Of a DNA stretch of 64,000 nucleotides, positions 19,168 to 28,769 are shown one piece after another. Every line of letters begins with the position of its first letter. Within the stretch, counting starts at the first letter, position 1. The notes beneath the pieces were generated by a model, which was not told the DNA's origin, made no database searches, and saw only the letters and a program-made list of their open reading frames with translations. Origin of the DNA: a virus. The DNA lies in the IMG/VR virus record IMGVR_UViG_3300020048_000018, positions 96,001-160,000 of that record. The stretch is one strand, 5' to 3'. The position numbers and the translations under genes were made by a program.

Positions 19168-19535
19168 TTTGGTTTCCTTTTTGGTATAAACTTCTTTGTA
19201 GAAGTCTCTTTCAATTCCTTTATCCATTGAATCTTCTTTGACTCAAATACCCTACTATTATACATTGTAATACAAGATTCTTCTCTTAACAAGAACAGAT
19301 TAAAAGCACAAAGCATCTTGTAGTGGTTATCACCTTTTGCATGTATTTTACACAATAAATAGTGAGCAAGGAAATGTTCTCTAGGGGTTAGTAAAACTAA
19401 GTTAGCCTTGGTGTTTTTCCCACCAAGACTTCTAGGCTTAATGTGATGTTCTTCGTAATAGACACCCTTATATTTTTCTCTTTTAAGGGTTTTAATAAAC
19501 TTCACATAATCGGTATAATTTTTTTTATAATTCAT
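19164..19535 (-). mobile_element. Free-standing HNH homing endonuclease
   Basis: EEHHIKPRSLGG.N...NLVLLTPREHFLAHYLL. Confidence 0.85.
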
Positions 19536-19553
19536 ATGTAAAGTTTAGTATTA

Positions 19554-19883
19554 CTATTCAGTTTTCACAATAATAGGAACTTCTGAGATTCCAACCTTAT
19601 TGAAACGTCTAAACCATTTCATATAAATTTTCCAGTCTTCTTTAAGTTCCTCAGTAATTTCTCTTTTTGTTTCAACTTCTGGAACAACTGGCTGATCAGG
19701 TGTAGCAACCTCTGATTCTTTCAAAGCCTTTTTTTCAATGTAATACTTTTCGAGAAACTTTTTAATACCTTCCTGATCTGCGTCAGTAGCATTAGAAAAA
19801 TCAATCCCCTCAATAAGTGTTCCATTTTCTGTTGTGATAAAAACTTTTCTCTTTTTACCTGTGTACATAAACTCTCTTAACAT
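19554..19883 (-). CDS. Hypothetical protein
   Basis: AGGAGG RBS. Confidence 0.7.
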   Translation of the reverse strand: MLREFMYTGKKRKVFITTENGTLIEGIDFSNATDADQEGIKKFLEKYYIEKKALKESEVATPDQPVVPEVETKREITEELKEDWKIYMKWFRRFNKVGISEVPIIVKTE

Positions 19884-19904
19884 ATAAATACCTCCTATGT
19901 ATTT

Positions 19905-20168
19905 TCATTTATACAAACTTTTCACTGTTACCTTTGGTTTTTTAATTTTCTTTGGTTCCACAAAATATTCTATTTTGCACTCTTTACATTTCCAAATATT
20001 TTTCTTCCTTGATAACTTAGAGGGTTTCTTTAAGTACAGAAAGCATTTAGGACAAACCTTAAACTTAATTATAATAGCCTTGAAAATAAGTATAAGAACT
20101 GAGAAAAAAACCGAACTTAACCCTAATTCTAATAAAAACAATTCCATAACTAACCCTCCCTGTAAGAG
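19905..20168 (-). CDS. Small membrane protein with Zn-ribbon
   Basis: Hydrophobic N-terminus, CPKC...CKEC. Start uncertain. Confidence 0.45.
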   Translation of the reverse strand, partial: LLQGGLVMELFLLELGLSSVFFSVLILIFKAIIIKFKVCPKCFLYLKKPSKLSRKKNIWKCKECKIEYFVEPKKIKKPKVTVKSLYK

Positions 20169-20181
20169 AGTTAGTAGAAGA

Positions 20182-22038
20182 TTATATTGAATCGTAGGAA
20201 AAAACAAGTTCCTTTAATACATCTTTTCTTAATTGGGAGTCCTTACCAAACCAAAGATTTAATGAACTCTCAGTATCATCATCCAATTCGAAAGTTTGAA
20301 TCATTGTATCTAAACCGTCTTTTGCAATAATAAACTGCAAATCAGTTTTCTTCCAAGAACCTAAACCTTTTGAGTAGTATACCGGAGGTTTCAAATCCTT
20401 TCCATCTTTCATGGAGTAAACCCATTTGTCAGGTTTTCCATCCTTACCTTTCGTATTCATAATTGGGGTATTAAGAAATCGAATCTTACCTTCCCTTAAA
20501 AGAGTTTTTGCAAACCTGAAAAAGAAGGCTATAAGTAATCCACGAATATGAAGACCATCCGTATCTTGGTCGGAAGCAATAAGAACATAATCAAATTCCA
20601 TAGTGGTATTGTCATCTTTTGACATACTAATACCCATAATAGAACATACATTAATAAGCTCTTCATTTGCAACTAGGTCTTTCATCTTTGCTTCATAAAC
20701 ACTTAAAGGTTTTCCTCTCAAGGGGAAGTACCCATAGTCCTGTCTCCCTAAAATATCAGAAAGTGAGTTTGAAGCGGAATCCCCTTCAGTAAGTACAATG
20801 TACTTATTTTTATTAATACTTGGTAAATATTTTGGAATTATTTTTTTCTTATTTACTTTCTCTGCGGAACTAAGTTCTTTTCGTAAAGCAAACTCTTCTT
20901 TAATCTTAAAGTTTTCTTCAATAGAAAATAGAATATCTTTATTCTTCAATAATTGGGAACCCAGTTTATCCAGATCAATCCCTGTTAAATAATCCTTAAC
21001 TTCTGGTATTGAATTTGATAAAAATTCTTTTGTTTGTGAATCAAATCTCATATTAATAAAATCATTAAAAAATGCAAATACAAAAAGTTTGTTTTTAATA
21101 TCAGAAGGTTTTATTGTCTTATATTTCTTTTCCAACTTTACCTTCAAGAAGTTTACCACATAACTTGAAATGTAATCAAGATGTATTCCTCCTTTAGAAA
21201 GATAGAGTGCATTTACATAAGAAAGAAATTTAAACTCTTCGGCAGAACCTACTGCAATAGTTACCTTATCATTTGAGATAGTCTCAAAGTTTGACATGAA
21301 GTAAGATAGGAACTGTTTATCTTTACAGGAAGGAATCTTTTCTCCGTTGAAGGTAAAACTGATGCCCGGGTGTATAAAACTTAGAAATACTAATCTGCTA
21401 TAAATAACATCTGAGTATATTGAAGAAAAGCCTTTAATCTTAAACCTTACAAAGTCTGGAGTAAAGGTAACAGTTGTACCCTTTTTTATAGAGGAGGTAA
21501 CTTTAACTGTATGAGAAGAATTATTATCTTTAACTTTTAACTTAAGTTGATTCTCACCATCAGAGGTAGTTACCTCAAAAAGTTTTGACCATATGCATGT
21601 TAAAGATGCGCCTATTCCATTGACGCCAATTGAGTTTCTATCATCATCACTAAAATTACTTCCAGCTTTCAGCTCTGTAAACATAGCTTCTGGAATATAC
21701 TTCTCAGAACCTTTAAGGATTTTAACTGGTATCCCTCTACCATTATCCTCAATTGTTATTGAGGTTTGATCTATTGTAATTTTTATTTTATTTGAAAACT
21801 TCTTACCAGACTTTGTGTATTCATCAATAGAGTTATCTAAAACCTCATCAATCATTTTTCTAAGTCCCGGTATATAAGAAACCTTCTTCATCTCAAACTT
21901 AGTTTCTTTTCTGTTAAAAAGATATTCTTCAATCTCATTGATATCTACAGAACCTAAATAGGTATTAGGTCTGAGCAAAACATGTTCTACGTCAGACAAT
22001 ATTCTATAATCATCTTCTCTATTTTGTTCTTTTTTCAT
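20182..22038 (-). CDS. Type II DNA topoisomerase large (ATPase + TOPRIM) subunit, T4 gp39/60-like
   Basis: EHVLLRPNTYLGS, EVLDNSIDE, DNGRGIP, GVNGIGA, LTEGDSA, PLRGK, SDQDTDGLHI, KGLGSW. Confidence 0.95.
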   Translation of the reverse strand: MKKEQNREDDYRILSDVEHVLLRPNTYLGSVDINEIEEYLFNRKETKFEMKKVSYIPGLRKMIDEVLDNSIDEYTKSGKKFSNKIKITIDQTSITIEDNGRGIPVKILKGSEKYIPEAMFTELKAGSNFSDDDRNSIGVNGIGASLTCIWSKLFEVTTSDGENQLKLKVKDNNSSHTVKVTSSIKKGTTVTFTPDFVRFKIKGFSSIYSDVIYSRLVFLSFIHPGISFTFNGEKIPSCKDKQFLSYFMSNFETISNDKVTIAVGSAEEFKFLSYVNALYLSKGGIHLDYISSYVVNFLKVKLEKKYKTIKPSDIKNKLFVFAFFNDFINMRFDSQTKEFLSNSIPEVKDYLTGIDLDKLGSQLLKNKDILFSIEENFKIKEEFALRKELSSAEKVNKKKIIPKYLPSINKNKYIVLTEGDSASNSLSDILGRQDYGYFPLRGKPLSVYEAKMKDLVANEELINVCSIMGISMSKDDNTTMEFDYVLIASDQDTDGLHIRGLLIAFFFRFAKTLLREGKIRFLNTPIMNTKGKDGKPDKWVYSMKDGKDLKPPVYYSKGLGSWKKTDLQFIIAKDGLDTMIQTFELDDDTESSLNLWFGKDSQLRKDVLKELVFSYDSI

Positions 22039-22045
22039 AACTAAC

Positions 22046-22471
22046 TCATCCCCAATTAGGTAATATTCCATGCTTAATTTGGAACTCAATATTATTGTCT
22101 TTCAAAGCAGTTATTATATCTTCAAGATCTACTTCACTTGCCCTATCAGGTATATCAAGAAACTTATCACAATCCCCTTCAATCCAAAAATGAAACTTAT
22201 TCTTTTCATTGAATACAATATAGTTTGGTATATATTCATCGAGTGACGTGTAAGTATCCTCAAAATTATTTTCTTCTAGAAAATTGCTTATATCAAAATC
22301 TACGAAAACTTTCCTAGTTAGTGAACCTCTTCGTCCTCCACAAGAGGAGCAGAACGGTGTATTTATTTTTTTCCCACAACCTTCACAAACACTTAATTCC
22401 TCTTCTGTCTCAATTTTTTTGGATACAATTTTTATGGCTGTTCCAACGTACACACTAAAATTACTTCCCAT
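22046..22471 (-). CDS. Hypothetical Zn-ribbon protein
   Basis: CEGC...CSSC. A TGTTAATATA motif lies upstream. Confidence 0.65.
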   Translation of the reverse strand: MGSNFSVYVGTAIKIVSKKIETEEELSVCEGCGKKINTPFCSSCGGRRGSLTRKVFVDFDISNFLEENNFEDTYTSLDEYIPNYIVFNEKNKFHFWIEGDCDKFLDIPDRASEVDLEDIITALKDNNIEFQIKHGILPNWG

Positions 22472-22541
22472 AGTATTTTCCTTCTTATCTTAGATATATT
22501 AACAAAAAAATAGAAACCCTAAGGTTTCTATTCTTTTATTT

Positions 22542-22796
22542 TTAATCTAGGTCATTACACCAGATTGGAGTTTGTTCTCCCATATAAGCATCACCAATAT
22601 TAAAATCAAAGAACTCAAGAGCATCATCATAGGACATATCATCACGGGACATAAAAACATTTAATACTGCCTGTATAGAGTATATTATCCTTCTTGACCG
22701 AGTTTCTACTCCAAGAATCGCATCATCCAATCCCTCTGCAAATAAAGTTGTTTCATCTAAATCAAAGGATTCAAGAATCTTTTCTTTAGTTATCAT
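22542..22796 (-). CDS. Conserved small phage protein
   Basis: GLDDAILG...ALEFFDFNI...YMGEQTPI pattern. Confidence 0.65.
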   Translation of the reverse strand: MITKEKILESFDLDETTLFAEGLDDAILGVETRSRRIIYSIQAVLNVFMSRDDMSYDDALEFFDFNIGDAYMGEQTPIWCNDLD

Positions 22797-23068
22797 AGCG
22801 GTTTTTCTTCATAGATAGGAATAATTTCTACTTTTCCAAACTCACCAGAGTCTTGAAACTTTTTAAGTAAATCATTAATGCACTGTAAGCAGTAGATATA
22901 ATGAGTTTCATGAACTTTACCATCAGTGTGCTTTGTAGCAAAGTTTAGACACACTGAACCGTTGGTTATATCTTCATGTTTTTGACATCTAAGTTTAAAG
23001 TTCTTAAACTCTTTTTTTCCATCCGAGATAGATTGTTCTGTTTCAATCCTAGTTACATTTTCATCCAT
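22793..23068 (-). CDS. Hypothetical protein
   Basis: AAGGA RBS before ATG 23068. Confidence 0.6.
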   Translation of the reverse strand: MDENVTRIETEQSISDGKKEFKNFKLRCQKHEDITNGSVCLNFATKHTDGKVHETHYIYCLQCINDLLKKFQDSGEFGKVEIIPIYEEKPL

Positions 23069-23069
23069 A

Positions 23070-23612
23070 TTATTTTCCTTTTTTAGTATCAAGATTTTTT
23101 CCAAAATCCTTACCGTATTTTTCCACGTAATCTGAAACTCTTTCACCCATATAATCTTTATTCTCTTCCGTAATAATTGAACCATTAAGGGTACTTGTAT
23201 CTTCCAATTTAATGTGTTTCATTTTATTACTCTTTTTATAACTGTCAGAAATTACAGGGGAACCATCTTCTAAAAGGACATAGCCTTCCTTTATATAAGT
23301 TTCATATTGTTTTGGAGTTAAGTCAATTACCTTCTCATTTTCCCCTAATTCTGACAGTCTAATTTTTGTGTTATTTTCTTCCACATACTTTTCCCATTTT
23401 TTATATTCAATAACAACAAGAGAAAAAATTCCCATACCAACAATATTTACAACTGATAATATAATACCAAGTATCTTGAAATTAAATGCATATAAAATAC
23501 AATTAATAGAAATAGTAAAAATGAGAATTGATACTACAATAAACTCAATCCTACGACAAAAGAAGGTAATAAGATCCAGTTTTGTAAATTTCTTTTTTTT
23601 AAGGGTGATCAA
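23070..23612 (-). CDS. Membrane protein (2 TM)
   Basis: Two hydrophobic segments in the N-terminal half. Confidence 0.6.
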   Translation of the reverse strand: MITLKKKKFTKLDLITFFCRRIEFIVVSILIFTISINCILYAFNFKILGIILSVVNIVGMGIFSLVVIEYKKWEKYVEENNTKIRLSELGENEKVIDLTPKQYETYIKEGYVLLEDGSPVISDSYKKSNKMKHIKLEDTSTLNGSIITEENKDYMGERVSDYVEKYGKDFGKNLDTKKGK

Positions 23613-23901
23613 ATTCTAACCTCGTAATAGTAAGAGTGACTACTGCGGTTTTTACATAATCCTCATTAAGCATATTGTCATTAAGGAAAAGTTTTGCAGG
23701 GTCTAAAATCTTTTCTTTAACAAGCCTGTTTAAAAAAATAGGAAGGAAGTCCGTAGCTTCAGTAGGTGTTATAAACACTTCTTTTGAATCCAGAGGGTAT
23801 ACACTTTGGATTGTCTTAAACAATTTTTTCTCTGTACGAATCATCAAAACTCTTGGTTGATAAAGATTTGATGATTCAGGTTGCTTAAAAATATTTTTCA
23901 T
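23599..23901 (-). CDS. Hypothetical protein
   Basis: GGAG RBS before ATG 23901. Confidence 0.6.
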   Translation of the reverse strand: MKNIFKQPESSNLYQPRVLMIRTEKKLFKTIQSVYPLDSKEVFITPTEATDFLPIFLNRLVKEKILDPAKLFLNDNMLNEDYVKTAVVTLTITRLEFDHP

Positions 23902-23917
23902 AAAAGTCTCCTTAATT

Positions 23918-25591
23918 TTAAAGCAATGCTTGCATATTAAACTCGTCCATAACAGGGTCATTAGACTCTTGTCTAACATTTTTTGCTTCGTTGGTTACTA
24001 CGCATTGAGTAGTCAATAAGGTTGATGCAATTGATACAGCATTTGAAAGAGCAGTCCTTGTTACCAAGATAGGGTCTATTACCCCTGCATCAAAAAGATT
24101 TTGAATCTTATCATCCTTGGCATTATAACCATATTCAAATTTTTTCTTTTGAACCGATTCTACAATACCATCAATTGACTTAGATGCATTCTGAATAATT
24201 CTTTTAAGTGGTGCAAGTATTCCAATTTTAACCAGTTTATATCCTGCAAGAATAGAAGACTTGGCTTCATCATTATAGGACTTATCAAGTTTAGGTTCTT
24301 TCATTGATTTAGATATATGTGCTAAAGCACATCCTCCACCAACTACTACACCCTCACTAACTGCCGCCCTGACTGAGTTAACAGCATCCTCATATCGATG
24401 CTTAAGTTCTATCATTTCAATTTCAGTTGTTGCACCTACAAGAATAGTAGCAATACCACCATTGAGTTTAGCAAGTCTTTCTTTATATGAATCAATTTGT
24501 GATTGACTCATTGAATCTTTTTCTGTTTCCAATTCTGCAATAAGAATATTACAGTAAGCGTCAAGGGCATCATCATTTGTATTAGCTCCAGTTATTATTG
24601 TTCTTTGGGGCCACATACGAATTGATTCACAGGTTCCTAAATGTTTTACATCAAAGTTTTCTGGGTACAATCCGTCTTTGTATAAGGGTGATGCACTTGT
24701 AAGAATCGCAATGTCATCGGTGTAGTCCTCAATCTGAGTTATTGACCAACCGGGTGTTTTTACCATGCACAATTTTACAACACCTTTTTTTTGATTAGCA
24801 AGAAGGAATGCTTCAACTTCTTCCTCGAATTCAGGTGCAATAATAACTAGATTAATTTTCTGTTTAGAACAATAATCTACAACAGAAATAATATCCTTGT
24901 AGTCATTAATAGGTTTTAATGAAAGTAAAATTTTAGGATCTTTATATTCACATGAGCCATCTTTGAGATTTGCAAAGGCAGAACTGATATACCCTTTGCT
25001 CAACTCAAGACCACTTGAAAACTTTACTTGAGTTTTTTCATTTAAGGAAGTTCCTATTGAAACAATTCCTAAATCTCCAATACCCTCAAAGGCTTCACGA
25101 ATACTCTTTCCTACATTTGGGTCATTGTTTGCCGAAATCATTGCTACATTATAAATAGACTCGGCGTCTTTAATAACCCGTTTATTTTTTTCGAGCTTCT
25201 CAAGAATTTCTGTAAGTGCTAAGTTCATTCCGATTTTAATAAGGTGAGGGTCGTATCCACCAACACTTGAAACAAGTCTCATACCTTCTCTTGCAAATTG
25301 AGATGCAAGAACTGTAGCTGTAGTTGTACCATCCCCTGCAATATGATTTGTTTTAATGGCGGCATCTTTTACAACCTGACAACCTAAGTTCATATATTTA
25401 TCTGAGAAATTAATTTCTCTTGCAACAGATACACCGTCTTTTGTAACAATAGGATGAGTACCCTTGTCTAATAAAACATTCCTACCCTTTGGACCAAGCG
25501 TAGTTCCTACTGCTTCATCTAAAATATTAATGCCCTTCATCAAGCGTTCCCTAACTGAATCTCCAAATAATACTTCTTTTGCTATTCCCAT
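23918..25591 (-). CDS. groEL: Chaperonin GroEL
   Basis: TLGPKGRNV, TKDGVSVA, AGDGTTTATVLA, ERLAKL.GG, GVVVGGG, GVIDP. Confidence 0.95.
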   Translation of the reverse strand: MGIAKEVLFGDSVRERLMKGINILDEAVGTTLGPKGRNVLLDKGTHPIVTKDGVSVAREINFSDKYMNLGCQVVKDAAIKTNHIAGDGTTTATVLASQFAREGMRLVSSVGGYDPHLIKIGMNLALTEILEKLEKNKRVIKDAESIYNVAMISANNDPNVGKSIREAFEGIGDLGIVSIGTSLNEKTQVKFSSGLELSKGYISSAFANLKDGSCEYKDPKILLSLKPINDYKDIISVVDYCSKQKINLVIIAPEFEEEVEAFLLANQKKGVVKLCMVKTPGWSITQIEDYTDDIAILTSASPLYKDGLYPENFDVKHLGTCESIRMWPQRTIITGANTNDDALDAYCNILIAELETEKDSMSQSQIDSYKERLAKLNGGIATILVGATTEIEMIELKHRYEDAVNSVRAAVSEGVVVGGGCALAHISKSMKEPKLDKSYNDEAKSSILAGYKLVKIGILAPLKRIIQNASKSIDGIVESVQKKKFEYGYNAKDDKIQNLFDAGVIDPILVTRTALSNAVSIASTLLTTQCVVTNEAKNVRQESNDPVMDEFNMQALL

Positions 25592-25615
25592 TTTAATTTC
25601 CTCTACTATGATATT

Positions 25616-26935
25616 TTAGTTGTTGTTTGCTTTTTTCAAGAGTTTCAGGTCTTCTATCCAAAGGTCTTTTTCAGTTTTCAAAGTAAGAACTTCAAGTTCT
25701 TCTTTCGATTTTACAAGGTCTTCCTCAAGCTTTTTATATTTCTCTGTAGTAAAACTATCAATCCTCATAGCCAAAAGAAAATCATAGGAGTCATATACCT
25801 TTTCATACTTACCTGCTACTAGAAGTTTTTCAATATCAGACTTTGATTTCTTATACACTATGAGTTTGTCAGACATTATTTCTTTTAGAAATCTAATCTT
25901 GTTTTTTAATTCTATACTCTTCTCAGTAAGATTTTTTATAAGATATTTCTTTCTTAGATCATAATATTTGAGTCTGATTTTAATAAAGGCTTTCATTAAT
26001 TCAATCTCATTCTTGAATACTACAATAGTATCCTTTTCAGAAATGCAGGAAAAGTTTTCGGTTTGCTTATCAACCAACTTCAAAGTCGATAGGATTTCTT
26101 CATCAGGAAGAGAACAAAACTCTCGGGTACATTTAATATCAAATCGGTATATTCCATGTTCTGACAAATCTTTATAAGATTTTATGAGGTCTTTTTCTAC
26201 CAGATTTTCCAGTTCTTTAATATAAGCATCACGCTCATAAGAAAAAGGTAAATCAGTTATAGTAAGCTTTGCATCACCCTTCTCGAATTTACCCACAATC
26301 TCAACTCTGTTATCACCCAAGATTATTACATTTCCATTAAAAGAATTTAAGGAGGGTGTAATATTTTTTACCTTCTTATCATTGAGAAGCTTTTCAAGAG
26401 CATCAATAACAAATTCAAGTTTTCTAGGTAAAATCTTCTGAGCATACCCAGAGCCAATTCCCGAGGAACCATTTACTAAAATAAGAGGTACTATAGGTAC
26501 ATAGAAAAAGGGTTCAATTGAATCACCCTCGAAAAACCGATAATTTATTATATTCCTATCATCAGGATTAAGAATAAGGTCAAACCACTTCGATTTCTTG
26601 GTAAAAATATATCTTGAAGCGGAGGCATTATGTGCTAGTGAGTTCCCAAAATTTCCCTCAGGGTCTAATAAATTACAATTATTACAAAAGTCTTGTGCCA
26701 GACCAACAGTAGCACCTTCAAGTGATACGGCTCCATGTAAATAAGAAGTCAACTCAGCCGCTGATGAAGCTAAATTGGCTACTTTCATATTTTGAGTAAT
26801 GTTTCGCTTGTCAACAGTAAAAATTAATTTTCTTGTTGAGGGTTTTAATCCATCTACAAAATTAGCAATACCTCGGAACGAAGAATAAAGACTAAAATCC
26901 TTAAACTGATTGAGAAAGAAATGTGATATTTTCAT
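25616..26935 (-). CDS. Type II DNA topoisomerase medium subunit, T4 gp52-like
   Basis: DGLKPSTRK, YLHGAVSL, GNFG, catalytic ASRY, LVNGSSGIGSG. Confidence 0.95.
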   Translation of the reverse strand: MKISHFFLNQFKDFSLYSSFRGIANFVDGLKPSTRKLIFTVDKRNITQNMKVANLASSAAELTSYLHGAVSLEGATVGLAQDFCNNCNLLDPEGNFGNSLAHNASASRYIFTKKSKWFDLILNPDDRNIINYRFFEGDSIEPFFYVPIVPLILVNGSSGIGSGYAQKILPRKLEFVIDALEKLLNDKKVKNITPSLNSFNGNVIILGDNRVEIVGKFEKGDAKLTITDLPFSYERDAYIKELENLVEKDLIKSYKDLSEHGIYRFDIKCTREFCSLPDEEILSTLKLVDKQTENFSCISEKDTIVVFKNEIELMKAFIKIRLKYYDLRKKYLIKNLTEKSIELKNKIRFLKEIMSDKLIVYKKSKSDIEKLLVAGKYEKVYDSYDFLLAMRIDSFTTEKYKKLEEDLVKSKEELEVLTLKTEKDLWIEDLKLLKKANNN

Positions 26936-26945
26936 ATAGTATAGA

Positions 26946-27527
26946 TTAACATAAAGGGCTTAATTTATTCTTCTGAAGGTGGTCACGACATTTCTTGCAT
27001 AAAACCTTGTACACTGTATCACCCACTTCAATATCTGAGGTCTTAGTTCCTGTATGAAAGGAATAATTACCTAATTGAGAACCACATTCCATACAAACCC
27101 CATTGAGTTTAATTATTGTCTCACAATATGGAAGGAGCTTTGCCACTTCTTCAAATACAATGTTATCTGAGGAAGCAAGAAGTCCTGCATAATAAACGTC
27201 CATCATATCTCCAAAGAGATCCGCAATTTTATATACGTCTTTAATCATGAAACATTCATCAATGAAGACTGAATCAATTTCATCTCTCACTAAAATATTT
27301 AGACCTTCTTCATCTCGTAAGTCCTCAAATTTATCAATTTTAATAACCTTGATATCGTAATTGTTGTATCCGATGTTTACTGCATCTGAATGTGAAAAAT
27401 ATGACCTATCATCTTTCACTGGTCTAATTAAAATAATTTTCTTTTTCGCAAATAGATTCCTTTCTATATGCTTAAACAGCTCAGAACTCTTAAATGAAAA
27501 CATGGGGCCTGTAATAAATGTAACCAT
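26946..27527 (-). CDS. tdk: Thymidine kinase
   Basis: TGPMFSFKS P-loop, FIDE, CMECG...YKVLCKKC Zn site. Confidence 0.85.
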   Translation of the reverse strand: MVTFITGPMFSFKSSELFKHIERNLFAKKKIILIRPVKDDRSYFSHSDAVNIGYNNYDIKVIKIDKFEDLRDEEGLNILVRDEIDSVFIDECFMIKDVYKIADLFGDMMDVYYAGLLASSDNIVFEEVAKLLPYCETIIKLNGVCMECGSQLGNYSFHTGTKTSDIEVGDTVYKVLCKKCRDHLQKNKLSPLC

Positions 27528-28043
27528 AAACTCTCCTTTTCCTAATCAAAATTATATTAACATAAAATTGAAAACCTGTTAAAAACACAAGAATTTCCAA
27601 AGTGTGGAACATATGGGTAAGAAGATGATGTACCATGACTACCAAATATGTGACGAGGTTACTTAAAGAGGCTATAAATAGGATTTTAGAGCTATAGAGC
27701 TTGTCTTACTGAATATAGAAAATAGCTTAACAAATCTGGAGGCGAAAAGTTTAAAATTTTTTTGAGTCCTGAAATTTTTATTTTTACTTTTTTTTAAAAC
27801 TTTACAAACCTATTTTATTTGTCATTTTTTAGTGTCTATACTAATTAAAAATAAATGTTAATCTCTAGTAAAGGGAAACCTATTAAAGGCGAACAACTAA
27901 TTAATATAACCCACTACATAGTGGTAAACGACATATATGCTACGGTAAATCAATATTTGATTGTTAGAACAAAATCTACTATTAAATATTTGAGATAGTT
28001 CTCTTCGTATGAAGGAACACATTTATTTTCTTGGAGTCTCATT

Positions 28044-28595
28044 ATGAAAAATGGACACAGCTACGATTCACCCTTTTCTTTCTTTGATGATGTAATGGAT
28101 ATTTTCAATTCATCAGTCGCAAGAACCCAACACACAGGTAACAATTCGTTCCCTCAACAAAGTCCAGATTGGGTTATCAAACAAGTATTTCCTATTGGAA
28201 ATATTTTTGATACTGTAAGCAAGCTACCAAATTGTTTGGTTTCTTCTGCTTACCCTCCCTCAAATGTTTTTATTGATAAGGATAAAAATTACCGAATTCA
28301 ATGTGCTTGTGCAGGATATGATGAAAATTCGATTGGTCTTGATTTTGATAAAGACCATTTGGTAATTACATTATTAGGGGATTCACCTTTTGAGGCTTCT
28401 GAAATAATGCTTCAATCTGGGGTAAAAAGTAAAACTAAGGATTACAAAGTAAATTTCTTTATTGATACGAGAAATTTTGATGTAGAAAAACTAGAGTCTT
28501 CAATGGCTAATGGGCTTCTTGACATTAAGATTCCTGCGGTACCTACCAAGAAATTCACCGTTGGTGTAGGAAAACCTCTCTCAAAAGCTGAGTAA
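28044..28595 (+). CDS. Small heat-shock protein (Hsp20/alpha-crystallin)
   Basis: YPPSNV, ACAGY, SMANGLLDIKIP. Confidence 0.85.
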   Translation: MKNGHSYDSPFSFFDDVMDIFNSSVARTQHTGNNSFPQQSPDWVIKQVFPIGNIFDTVSKLPNCLVSSAYPPSNVFIDKDKNYRIQCACAGYDENSIGLDFDKDHLVITLLGDSPFEASEIMLQSGVKSKTKDYKVNFFIDTRNFDVEKLESSMANGLLDIKIPAVPTKKFTVGVGKPLSKAE

Positions 28596-28769
28596 TCAGG
28601 AAAGGGAACTACAGAAATGTGGTTCCCTATCATTTTAAAAGGTAACAACTAATTACCTGAGCTTACCACAAAAAGCGAAAGCAGAGTAAAATCTGTAATA
28701 GATTTCTCGTATGAGTAAATCTTAATGTGAGCAGAGATTAAGACCTAATCTCAAAAAGGAAAAAGAAAA

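Noticed and set aside
27612-27677. 21-codon ORF MGKKMMYHDY...
   Set aside because: Too short, with no clear RBS or other support.
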